Below the pieces are notes generated by a model. It worked only from the letters and a program-made list of their open reading frames with translations, had not been told where the DNA came from and did not search any database. Positions 25,888 to 33,380 of a DNA stretch of 39,296 nt are shown here, in pieces. This DNA comes from a virus (lineage: Duplodnaviria > Heunggongvirae > Uroviricota > Caudoviricetes): IMG/VR virus record IMGVR_UViG_2541047784_000014, one strand, 5' to 3'. Numbering within the stretch: position 1 is the first letter of the stretch; each line of letters begins with the position of its first letter. The translations under genes were made by a program, and so were the position numbers.

Positions 25888-27363
25888 TTAAGCATAGGGA
25901 TCGTAATCTGTGATGGCCTTGCCTTGCTGGTTCTGCTGCCCGGGAATTCGCAGACGCTTCGACACAGGGAACGCAAACGTCAGCAGTAGCGCATCGCCTT
26001 TACCAGGCGAACGCCCAAGCCGCTCCTTGATATCTTCCTTCGGTTCGATAACGATTTTACCGTCCACTCGAACTTTGTACTCTGCCGCCGACAGATCGTC
26101 CGCTGTTTCCTGGTCATCCAGCATCCCGCCCAGCCTCAGCCATGTCTTGCATGAGTTGAACATCTCCCCACGCTTGTTGAGCATCTGCTGGTCAGTAGAC
26201 GCGCCACCGAACGGAACAAGTTGCCATGTGCGCCCCCAACCGTCACCGATTGACTTCAGACCGGTACCGTAACCAAAGTCGATGAACACTGCGTCAGCCT
26301 GATACAGGTCTTCAAAGTCAGCAATACGCTTCGCCATAATCAGATCGTCGGTAGTCTTGTTGCCAGTCCACAGCACCTTACTGTGTAGCCCCTGCCGCAG
26401 GTATATCACCGCGTCATCAACGCCTGAATATGCCGGGTCAACACCGATTATCACCGGAGCATGCGCCACCTGCGCAGCGGTTACCACCCGTTTCATTGCC
26501 TCATCAGTAAGACCGGTAGGGATAAACTGCAATTCAGATGCATCAGGGAATATGCCGCGCACACGGATTTTAACGAAGTCGCTGTCTTCCCCGTAGTCAT
26601 CAACCCATTTCTGCAACTGCTGTTTGTTAGTGCCTTCCACCGTCCGGCTGTCAATCTGCGCAGTTTTCCAGCGGTGTTTATATTTGCGGAAACATTCACG
26701 GAATCGCCCGGTATTACGCGTCGGGTTTCCGAACGCCACCCAGATAATCTCAGTGTCTTCGTCCGTTAGCGCACCTTCGGCAACTTCCCACACCAGATCC
26801 GCAATGTTCGACGCTTCATCGAATACCACGATGATGCGTTTGCGCTCGTTGTGTAGTCCGGCGAATGCCTCAGTGTTGTGCTCAGACCAGGGGATTGCGT
26901 CAGCTCGCCACCGCTTGTCGTGCCCAGGATCATTGCTGTACATCGCGGTAGCGGTACAGGTAAACCAGTCTTTCGTGATAGCAAGGTTCGACCACTTGAT
27001 AATTTCCGGCCAGGTCTTCGTTCGTAGCTGGTTGTCGGTGTTGGCGGTCACCACGACCTTACAATCCTCGCAAGTGGACATGCCCCAGTTGATCAGCATT
27101 GAGATGAATGCGGATTTACCAATACCGTGACCAGAAGCGCGTGCCAGCATAAGCGGCTGATAGCGCGTCTCTGGATTCTGCAGGTGATCACGTATCTCTC
27201 GGAACGCATCAGCCTGCCACTGACGTGGGCCGGTGGCATGTGCCAGTTCAGTCCCCTCTTCCCCCCACGGGAACGCATAGAGGGCATAGCCAAGCGGATC
27301 GTGAGTGAACCCTGCAATATCCTCGATCAACTGCTCTTCAGGAGATAACGCTGTATCTGTCAC
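25888..27363 (-). CDS. Terminase large subunit
   Basis: 491 aa; Walker A-like ARASGHGIGKS in the N-terminal ATPase region; overlaps the small-subunit gene end. Confidence 0.85.
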   Translation of the reverse strand: MTDTALSPEEQLIEDIAGFTHDPLGYALYAFPWGEEGTELAHATGPRQWQADAFREIRDHLQNPETRYQPLMLARASGHGIGKSAFISMLINWGMSTCEDCKVVVTANTDNQLRTKTWPEIIKWSNLAITKDWFTCTATAMYSNDPGHDKRWRADAIPWSEHNTEAFAGLHNERKRIIVVFDEASNIADLVWEVAEGALTDEDTEIIWVAFGNPTRNTGRFRECFRKYKHRWKTAQIDSRTVEGTNKQQLQKWVDDYGEDSDFVKIRVRGIFPDASELQFIPTGLTDEAMKRVVTAAQVAHAPVIIGVDPAYSGVDDAVIYLRQGLHSKVLWTGNKTTDDLIMAKRIADFEDLYQADAVFIDFGYGTGLKSIGDGWGRTWQLVPFGGASTDQQMLNKRGEMFNSCKTWLRLGGMLDDQETADDLSAAEYKVRVDGKIVIEPKEDIKERLGRSPGKGDALLLTFAFPVSKRLRIPGQQNQQGKAITDYDPYA

Positions 27364-27956
27364 TGATTACCATCCTGACGTTCTTTGAGTCGCTTCCTGG
27401 CTGCCGCTATGCGATCAGCAATTGTCACATTCACATTAACATCCAGGCGTTCTTTGAACGCGTTGACGTCGACGTGCTTACCAATCAGTTCGAGGTTCTT
27501 CACCTTGTCAGGCCATTTAATTTTTTTGAGGATTGTCTCTATCGAATCCTCGTTCATGTTCATGATGGTCGATGACAGATCAAAGCCACTAAGCGTAGTG
27601 CGCCAGATTTTCGGCCACTCGCGGATTGGCTTAAGGCTCCCATCGTCGTTGAGGATGTCGATCACGTCCATCTGGTCGATCTCCACTAGGCGCATGAGAA
27701 CGTAATCAGCACTGACGCGCATTCGTTTGTTGCGCTCCTCCATCAACTCGGCAATCCGTTTTTGAATGCGTTCATCGCGCATCATGACACTGGCTTTAAC
27801 TGCCGCTGTATTTGGGGAGAATCCTGCGTTAATCGCTGCCTGAGTCTGGTTTTCAGGCGTTTTGATGTATGACTGGCAATAAGCCTCCTGCATTGCTGTT
27901 AGTGGCTTAAATTGCGTTGATTTGCGTTTATAGGTTTTAGGTTCAGCAGGCATCAT
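27360..27956 (-). CDS. Terminase small subunit
   Basis: Start set at the ATG pair (MMPAEPK...); helix-turn-helix-like N-terminus; the longer track ORF (to 28052) would run through a terminator hairpin and operator motifs and is rejected. Confidence 0.75.
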   Translation of the reverse strand: MMPAEPKTYKRKSTQFKPLTAMQEAYCQSYIKTPENQTQAAINAGFSPNTAAVKASVMMRDERIQKRIAELMEERNKRMRVSADYVLMRLVEIDQMDVIDILNDDGSLKPIREWPKIWRTTLSGFDLSSTIMNMNEDSIETILKKIKWPDKVKNLELIGKHVDVNAFKERLDVNVNVTIADRIAAARKRLKERQDGNQ

Positions 27957-27972
27957 AACCACCGTGGTAATA

Positions 27973-27989
27973 GTTACCGTTGTGGTAAT
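27973..27989. promoter_or_regulatory. Dyad operator-like site GTTACCGTTGTGGTAAT upstream of the terminase genes
   Basis: Same TTACC-N5-GGTAA family; 17 bp upstream of the terminase small-subunit start; flanked by GGTAATAGTTACC-type repeats (27966-27995). Confidence 0.45.
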
Positions 27990-27997
27990 AGTACCAT

Positions 27998-28025
27998 GCA
28001 AAATAAAGCCGCCATAGTTGGCGGC
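27998..28025 (-). terminator. Rho-independent terminator between the early (Nin-like) genes and the terminase genes
   Basis: Hairpin GCCGCCA-tagt-TGGCGGC (28008-28025) followed on the minus strand by UUUAUUUUG. Confidence 0.65.
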
Positions 28026-28065
28026 AGTATTCAAAACCATCAAATTCATCATGCATAATCTACTC

Positions 28066-28077
28066 GTGACATGTCAC
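28066..28077. repeat. 12-bp perfect palindrome GTGACATGTCAC (copy 3 of 3)
   Basis: Overlaps the stop codon of the 28074-28415 gene; a terminator hairpin lies about 40 bp downstream on the minus strand. Confidence 0.6.
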
Positions 28078-28415
28078 ACTATTAATTTCGTTTCATGCCA
28101 GCCTTTAGTCACCCAGCATTGTGAGTCACCATTACACGGACATGAATTAACTGGAACTCTCTCGCCGCACTTACCGCAACGTTTTCTAATGATCGATTTT
28201 ATACGCCCGCGCACGCGTGCATCATCCTGGCGGATCAGTAACGCTATATACTCACAAAATTCGTAAGGCGCACGCCCGGGGCGACGCGCAGCACAGTTAC
28301 GCTCAAGCATTTCAATTTCCTGAGCATCAAGCACAATTTCCAGCTTACGCACACCAGATGCAGCTTGTCTGGCTCTCTGAGCGGCTTTGCGCTCTGCTGC
28401 TGATTTAGCCATCAA
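28074..28415 (-). CDS. Hypothetical basic zinc-ribbon protein (Cys cluster CGKCGERVPVNSCPC); candidate late-gene regulator by position
   Basis: 113 aa, Arg/Lys-rich N-terminus and C-terminal Cys cluster; last gene before the terminator and terminase genes, i.e. the position Q occupies in lambda. Regulatory role is inference only. Confidence 0.55.
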   Translation of the reverse strand: MMAKSAAERKAAQRARQAASGVRKLEIVLDAQEIEMLERNCAARRPGRAPYEFCEYIALLIRQDDARVRGRIKSIIRKRCGKCGERVPVNSCPCNGDSQCWVTKGWHETKLIV

Positions 28416-28686
28416 TATTTACCTTTATCGCGAACACCTTTACCGGTTTATCACCGAAGTGGGGATGTGTGATTGTCTTGATTTCATATCCGTCATACTG
28501 GACGTTAATTCTGCGGCTGGAGTCGTCGCGCTTCGGATATCCCTTTGTGATAATCAGGCGGTCATACTCCCGGAACATAATTCGCTTATTCCAGTAGTCA
28601 TTACACAGGCGATACTCTTCCGTTTTCTCTCCGCGAATCATGGCATCGAAGTATTCACCTTTAACGGCAAGTTGCAGGTTAGCCAC
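28405..28686 (-). CDS. Hypothetical protein, possibly ASCH/PUA-like
   Basis: Start set at the GTG preceded by AAGGAG just after the upstream stop; motif GEKTEEYR resembles the ASCH-domain G.KT.E.R pattern (weak). Confidence 0.5.
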   Translation of the reverse strand: MANLQLAVKGEYFDAMIRGEKTEEYRLCNDYWNKRIMFREYDRLIITKGYPKRDDSSRRINVQYDGYEIKTITHPHFGDKPVKVFAIKVNIDG

Positions 28687-29038
28687 GGTTAACTCCTTGC
28701 TGTGTGGCGTCGAGTAATAAATCCCACAACCGCTGAGAGCAATTTCCGCATGTACAGCGTTGACCCACAACGTTTATCGCGTTGCTGATTTCCGGCGTTA
28801 CCTGTTTAGGAACCATAACCCAACCATCCGGAGTTACCGGAGAGTTGCCATCCAGCGCGTTCAACTTGTAAGCCTGGCTTACAGGTTCTGCACTATCAGC
28901 TTCGCGCCGCTTCTGTAGCTCTGCTGCCATCGCTCTCACGACTTCAACTGGTGCCCTTGCAGCAAACTCTATGTTGGTGATCAGCTCATTAAGATATTGC
29001 TCGCTGGGATACTGTTTCTTATTGGTAATAGTGGTCAT
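28679..29038 (-). CDS. Hypothetical early protein
   Basis: 119-aa ORF in an operon-like array with tight junctions; no family recognised. Confidence 0.55.
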   Translation of the reverse strand: MTTITNKKQYPSEQYLNELITNIEFAARAPVEVVRAMAAELQKRREADSAEPVSQAYKLNALDGNSPVTPDGWVMVPKQVTPEISNAINVVGQRCTCGNCSQRLWDLLLDATQQGVNRG

Positions 29039-29041
29039 GTG

Positions 29042-29329
29042 TTAGTCCTCATCCACTTCAACGCCATCTTTCAGCGTGATGCCGTGCCAATCATCAGCCC
29101 AACTGGTTAGCCCTGGCGCATCAATGCTAGGCATATAGACGCTTGCAGTGTGGTAGCCCTTATCGTTATCAATGCTGGCAACGTGCTCGCCGTTGTATGC
29201 GCTCAGCGTGTCCAGGACGCTATAAAACTTTCCTCCGGCTGCCCTGAAATCCTTTACAGCCTTCACAAGGCGATTCCACGCTTTTTCCTGTTCTGGCGTC
29301 AGGTCGATTAATTCCTGCAAAGTTGCCAT
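29042..29329 (-). CDS. Hypothetical early protein
   Basis: Start set at the ATG (MATLQELIDL...) with AGGAGAG upstream, immediately after the upstream stop; the longer track ORF overlaps the upstream gene. Confidence 0.5.
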   Translation of the reverse strand: MATLQELIDLTPEQEKAWNRLVKAVKDFRAAGGKFYSVLDTLSAYNGEHVASIDNDKGYHTASVYMPSIDAPGLTSWADDWHGITLKDGVEVDED

Positions 29330-29330
29330 A

Positions 29331-29954
29331 TCACTCTCCTTTGATGCGAATGCCAGCGGCGCGCTCGGATTCACTTTGTTCCCAAAACCACTTGTGAAGC
29401 TCCATAAGCTTTTCGTCAATCGGTGCATATTTGCGATTAAAGTAGGCCTGAGCATCTTTCTCAGATTCGTCCGGCAATTCGCCAGGGCCAAACAGTGTGT
29501 TATAAATCCATGCCAGTCCGCTCTTAGCGTCGCCAGTTGCCTGCCATTCGATAATCGCAGCCTGCATGACCAGAATGTTTTTCCCGATTAACAGGTCCAG
29601 TTCTTTGAACCGGTTGCGGATGTATGCATTCTCGCTTTGTAATTCAGCGTTGCGCTTCTCTGCGGCTTCCAGCTCAACTCGCAGCTTCCCAACCGTAAGC
29701 GCAATATCCTCGTTCTCCTGGTCACGGCGTTTTATGTATTGCTGGTTTCTTTCCCGTTCATCCAGCAGTGCCAGCACCGTTTCCGGGCCGGTCAGCAGTT
29801 TGAAGTTGTTAATCGCATCAATATCAACATCGCTATCTTTAAGCTCCTTTTCGCTTAACAAGTCATCATCGGCTGGCAACGTTAACAGGCGTTCCATTGC
29901 CGGAATTGCGCGTTCTGCCGCTTCACGCAGTGCCTGATAGTCAATCTTGCTCAC
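29331..29954 (-). CDS. Hypothetical coiled-coil early protein
   Basis: 207 aa with a central coiled-coil segment; start overlaps the upstream stop. Confidence 0.6.
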   Translation of the reverse strand: MSKIDYQALREAAERAIPAMERLLTLPADDDLLSEKELKDSDVDIDAINNFKLLTGPETVLALLDERERNQQYIKRRDQENEDIALTVGKLRVELEAAEKRNAELQSENAYIRNRFKELDLLIGKNILVMQAAIIEWQATGDAKSGLAWIYNTLFGPGELPDESEKDAQAYFNRKYAPIDEKLMELHKWFWEQSESERAAGIRIKGE

Positions 29955-30484
29955 TGGTTGCCTCCTTTGCGAAGCTTCGCCGCAAAATCAGCCGCAACCT
30001 CTTTGACCATATTGGATAGCGGAGTGCCACCTCCGAATTTTTCTGAGAACATCTCTACCCCCTGCGCCCGTACTTCAGCCAGGAAAGCATCGGTGGCTGG
30101 GGTTTCGATATCGTTAATTTCAGGAAGAATCTCTTCCCATGTAGCGATATCGCCATTCAAATGCCATCCGGCAATTCCACTGGAGTTATCCGCAACACTC
30201 CGAACGGCTTCAATAGCTTCATGCATTGCCGCATTCTCCGCCGCCAGCGCCGAAAACTTCTCGTGTGCCAACTTAACAGCCGAATCAGCCTGCTTAATTG
30301 ACTCAATCGCTTTCTGCTGGTCTTCGGCCATCGCATTAGCACGCACCAGTTGCACTTCCAGTTGCGTTGCCAAATCGCTGATCAGCTTTGCCACACTGCG
30401 CATATCAACGGCACCACATTCTGCTTTCAGTTCCGAAGCCATCTCATGCCCGGCGGCAACTAACCCTTTGATATTACTTTCCAT
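29951..30484 (-). CDS. Hypothetical helical early protein
   Basis: 177-aa Ala/Glu-rich ORF. Confidence 0.6.
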   Translation of the reverse strand: MESNIKGLVAAGHEMASELKAECGAVDMRSVAKLISDLATQLEVQLVRANAMAEDQQKAIESIKQADSAVKLAHEKFSALAAENAAMHEAIEAVRSVADNSSGIAGWHLNGDIATWEEILPEINDIETPATDAFLAEVRAQGVEMFSEKFGGGTPLSNMVKEVAADFAAKLRKGGNQ

Positions 30485-30545
30485 CTTTACCCTCGCTTAT
30501 CCACATAACTTATTGATTACATTGATAACTAAAAAGATCGTCGAT

Positions 30546-30890
30546 TCAGAACTCTTCGATGTTCCAGCCACCACCTGCTTTCTTTGGTTTAACCGTTACC
30601 CCGATGATTCGGAACGGATACTGATCTGCGGCGACTTTGGTTTTCACCCTGGCGTCGTCGGTCCAGAAACCTTTCACTTCGTGCAGTTCCATCTCGCCGG
30701 TGGCGAGCATCACAGCAAAATCTGGCGTATAGAACGTGTTGTCAGCTAACCGCAGCTTGATACCCTCAAATCGATACCAGACGATTTCTCCTGCACGTTT
30801 ACGCAACTCAAGGTGCTGGCAATACGCAGATTCTGTTTTGTTCATCTGGCCTGTTTTGAGTCGACCAAGAGCCTGTATCTGTTTTCTCAT
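30546..30890 (-). CDS. DUF1064-like phage protein (putative nuclease/resolvase fold)
   Basis: 114 aa; family assignment from remembered sequence pattern; the start codon abuts an operator-like site (30893-30909). Confidence 0.6.
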   Translation of the reverse strand: MRKQIQALGRLKTGQMNKTESAYCQHLELRKRAGEIVWYRFEGIKLRLADNTFYTPDFAVMLATGEMELHEVKGFWTDDARVKTKVAADQYPFRIIGVTVKPKKAGGGWNIEEF

Positions 30891-30892
30891 AA

Positions 30893-30909
30893 TTTACCCC
30901 TGAGGTAAT
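30893..30909. promoter_or_regulatory. Dyad operator-like site TTTACCCCTGAGGTAAT
   Basis: Same motif family; immediately upstream of the DUF1064 start codon; followed by AACCACATA (30914-30922). Confidence 0.45.
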
Positions 30910-30954
30910 TAAAAACCACATAAGACACGAAATCAATAGAGTTTAGAATACTTT

Positions 30955-30971
30955 GTTACCCAGAAGGTAAC
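30955..30971. promoter_or_regulatory. Dyad operator-like site GTTACCCAGAAGGTAAC
   Basis: Perfect 6-bp arms; second site of the module between the P-like gene and the DUF1064 gene. Confidence 0.45.
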
Positions 30972-31007
30972 TATCAAGGCGTAAAAAAATGCGCTATCGC
31001 GCTGGTA

Positions 31008-31808
31008 TTACTTGATAAATCCTGCCGCCTTTCCCCGCCTGTATTCCTCCATCAGCCACTGTGCCGGTGTTATTCCCCCCAATGTGGCGGCGTTAGGCAT
31101 ACACCCGAAACTTCGCCCTGGTGGATGGTAAACGTCTCTCCCTGTGTCCGGAGGCGTACTCATGGGTTCTGGCTTTGCCTGTATGCTGATCACCGGATCG
31201 GGTATCTGCTGTCCGGAAGCTACCTTTTTCGCCCAATCATCGAGCAGCCTGCGCGCGTGTTTCTCAACCTCAATCTCGCTAAGCTGGCGCTGATACATTG
31301 CACGGCGGGTATCACATACGACCCAGTACATAACCGGATGTCGCCACGGGAATCTTTCGGGACCACCAGGATATAAACTTTTTTCCTTGCTGTACCGGTG
31401 AAACTCCGCCATCACATCGTCAATGGTGACGCCAAGAACCATCTTGCTGTCTTTACACCACTTGATGAATTGCCCTGGCGACGGCCAGAACGGAGATTCA
31501 CTGGCGCGGGCGTGGCGCATACCAGCAGAAACCTGTTCACGGGTTCGGATCCCCCCTTCGGCAAACGCAGCAATCCACTGCTGTTTTGCAGCAACTTCCT
31601 GCTCTGGAGTCTTCAGGTTGGTTACTACTGCCGCCGGAAACAGTTGTTTCAGCTGTTTGAAAAGGGCATCAACAAGCCTCTCTGCTGACATGTTCACCAC
31701 ATTGTCATTGTTGACGTACTGATGCTCATAACCTGACATGCGAGAAAGGGCTTCTCCGTCACGGTTTTGTATCGCGGTAAAAACGTTGTTCACAAGAAAT
31801 CCTCCCAC
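31008..31808 (-). CDS. Replication protein P-like (helicase loader)
   Basis: Central segment GMRHARASESPFWPSPGQFIKWCK parallels lambda P (GMRVARRQNRPFLPSPGQFVAWCR); directly downstream of the O-like gene. Confidence 0.8.
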   Translation of the reverse strand: MGGFLVNNVFTAIQNRDGEALSRMSGYEHQYVNNDNVVNMSAERLVDALFKQLKQLFPAAVVTNLKTPEQEVAAKQQWIAAFAEGGIRTREQVSAGMRHARASESPFWPSPGQFIKWCKDSKMVLGVTIDDVMAEFHRYSKEKSLYPGGPERFPWRHPVMYWVVCDTRRAMYQRQLSEIEVEKHARRLLDDWAKKVASGQQIPDPVISIQAKPEPMSTPPDTGRDVYHPPGRSFGCMPNAATLGGITPAQWLMEEYRRGKAAGFIK

Positions 31809-32629
31809 GCTTCAGGGCTGTTCCAGTGCGGAACGTTGTTATCAGGTAATGTTGATTGCTTCTGTCTGCTAATCTGCAGCCGCCTTGCCAGCTTCTGCTC
31901 CCACTGTGCCTGATGGTATGCCTTACCCTCAGCCATCCAGTAAATTCTGAACTCTGCAAGCTCCTGTGCCGTTGGCAGACTGTCCAGGTAGATCCCCTGC
32001 AATGAGCTTTTCCGAAGAAAGTCATCTGATGGCTGCCATTGTTCATGCATGACAAATTTGCCTAATTGCCCTGGCCCACCAGGAGGAACAAAGTTATTCA
32101 TCACGGCGTTGTTTGCGCCGGGGTCATGAGGCACAGAATCCCCGCTTTTTGTCCTGCTCTCCCTCTCTTGGTTAAATGACTGGTTATATGACTGGTTCTG
32201 GATCCCGTTTTTGGGATCATTCAACATCCCGTTTTTGGGATCATTCAACATCCCGTTTTTGGGATCATTCAACATCCCGTTTTTGGGTATATTCCCGTTT
32301 TCGGTAACATTACCGTTTTCGGGTTCATTACCCCCTTCCCGGTTGCCTTTAATGTTCCCGTTTTTGGTTATATTAAGAGAGAAAACCCGCACTCTTTTCG
32401 TCGCACCCTTTCTCTCTCCGGTATCTGAAATAAGCCCCATTTTCATGAGCGATATAAGCCCGGCCTGCACGGTTTTTTTATTCAGGCAAGTGTCTTTAAC
32501 GAGGCGTTCTATGCTGGGGTAGCAGAGGTTATATTCATCGGCTCTGTCAGCCATCGAGAGCAGTATGAGCTTTAATGACGAGCTACCTGGATCTGTCTCC
32601 CAGGCCCAATCTGTTGCATGTCTGCTCAT
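31790..32629 (-). CDS. Replication initiator O-like protein with embedded origin iterons
   Basis: N-terminal DNA-binding-like domain; central PKNGMLND x3 repeats encoded by three perfect 24-bp tandem iterons; gene order O-P as in lambdoid phages. Confidence 0.75.
   Translation of the reverse strand: MSRHATDWAWETDPGSSSLKLILLSMADRADEYNLCYPSIERLVKDTCLNKKTVQAGLISLMKMGLISDTGERKGATKRVRVFSLNITKNGNIKGNREGGNEPENGNVTENGNIPKNGMLNDPKNGMLNDPKNGMLNDPKNGIQNQSYNQSFNQERESRTKSGDSVPHDPGANNAVMNNFVPPGGPGQLGKFVMHEQWQPSDDFLRKSSLQGIYLDSLPTAQELAEFRIYWMAEGKAYHQAQWEQKLARRLQISRQKQSTLPDNNVPHWNSPEAWEDFL
32202..32273. repeat. Origin-like iterons: three perfect 24-bp tandem repeats ATCCCGTTTTTGGGATCATTCAAC
   Basis: Each unit contains the dyad ATCCC-N6-GGGAT; degenerate copies of CCCGTTTT(T)GG continue to about 32370; located inside the O-like gene as in lambda ori. 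Confidence 0.75.
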
Positions 32630-32644
32630 GATTAATCTCCGCTA

Positions 32645-32845
32645 TCAGCTTGAATGTTGTGGGGAGGAATTAATCATGATCTGCTTAATCTCTGCCCTGA
32701 TGCGACGGTTTGATTCCATAGTGCACTCAACACAGTGTCCGTTGTAAACCCAGCGTTCACTGTCATGTCCGTGCTTACATGGTTTTCCGGTGTAGTAGCG
32801 TTTAAGTCCGCGCTTTGCGGCATCAATACGTGTAATAATTTCCAT
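32645..32845 (-). CDS. Hypothetical small Cys/His-containing protein (cII position)
   Basis: Start set at the internal ATG (MEIITRIDAAKRG...); contains C.H.H...C..C; between the Cro-like gene and the O-like gene. Confidence 0.45.
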   Translation of the reverse strand: MEIITRIDAAKRGLKRYYTGKPCKHGHDSERWVYNGHCVECTMESNRRIRAEIKQIMINSSPQHSS

Positions 32846-32924
32846 GGTAAGCCCTGTTATTAGTATTGGGATTACGGTCATTTTGTGCTGACACAAAAAA
32901 AAGATCAACCAGATTTGGTTTTTT

Positions 32925-32941
32925 ATTACCTTTGAGGTACG
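32925..32941. promoter_or_regulatory. Dyad operator-like site ATTACCTTTGAGGTACG (imperfect right arm)
   Basis: Same motif family; just downstream of the tR1-like terminator. Confidence 0.4.
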
Positions 32942-32944
32942 AAT

Positions 32945-32974
32945 AGATATGAAAAGACCGCCGGATGGCGGTCT
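32945..32974 (-). terminator. Putative terminator downstream of the Cro-like gene (tR1-like position)
   Basis: Hairpin AGACCGCC-ggat-GGCGGTCT followed on the minus strand by UUUCAUAUC. Confidence 0.5.
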
Positions 32975-32995
32975 ACAGAGGGTTGTGGATGGATA

Positions 32996-33226
32996 TCATG
33001 AGTAGAAGAAGTATGCCAGTTCTGCTTTTGAGCGCAGCCATTGTCTTGTTTTACAGGCTTTAAAAAGCCCATTCATCAATACCTTACCTGGCATTTTGCG
33101 CTTACCTGTTAAGTGAGTCTGGATATAGTGACTCGTCGTTCCGGCTTCCTGTGCGAAGGCTTCACGCTCATCCGGAGTAAGTGCAAGCCAGTGCTTTTTG
33201 AAATCGAAATGTCCGTTATCGCTCAT
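32996..33226 (-). CDS. Cro-like HTH regulator
   Basis: 76-aa helix-turn-helix protein transcribed divergently from the repressor-like gene toward the replication genes. Confidence 0.65.
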   Translation of the reverse strand: MSDNGHFDFKKHWLALTPDEREAFAQEAGTTSHYIQTHLTGKRKMPGKVLMNGLFKACKTRQWLRSKAELAYFFYS

Positions 33227-33292
33227 AGCTATTGCCTGATATTTATTTCAGATAATAAATATTCACCCATAAGGTAACAAAAATCAAGGATA

Positions 33293-33309
33293 GTTACCTA
33301 TGAGGTGCA
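33293..33309. promoter_or_regulatory. Dyad operator-like site GTTACCTATGAGGTGCA (imperfect)
   Basis: In the divergent Cro/repressor intergenic region, directly abutting the next site; a GGTAAC half-site lies at 33273-33278. Confidence 0.4.
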
Positions 33310-33326
33310 TTTACCTGTTGGGTAAT
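33310..33326. promoter_or_regulatory. Dyad operator-like site TTTACCTGTTGGGTAAT
   Basis: Near-perfect dyad in the divergent Cro/repressor intergenic region. Confidence 0.5.
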
Positions 33327-33380
33327 ATTGCTTTAAATTGAATCATCTACTGATTCATATATGAGGCGATTTTCCAGAAA

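Noticed and set aside
27957-28052. N-terminal extension of the terminase small-subunit ORF
   Set aside because: The extension would be translated through a terminator hairpin and repeated operator-like motifs and encodes a low-complexity TITTTVTITTVV stretch; the internal ATG pair at 27951-27956 is the more plausible start.
32202-32273. Tandem 24-bp direct repeats that could be mistaken for a CRISPR array
   Set aside because: Repeats are directly adjacent with no spacers, lie inside a coding gene and encode a peptide repeat; they fit origin iterons, not CRISPR.
32645-32908. Full 87-aa track ORF for the cII-position gene
   Set aside because: The first 21 codons start at a TTG, run through a hairpin-prone region and are hydrophobic low complexity; the internal ATG at 32845 was preferred, with low confidence.
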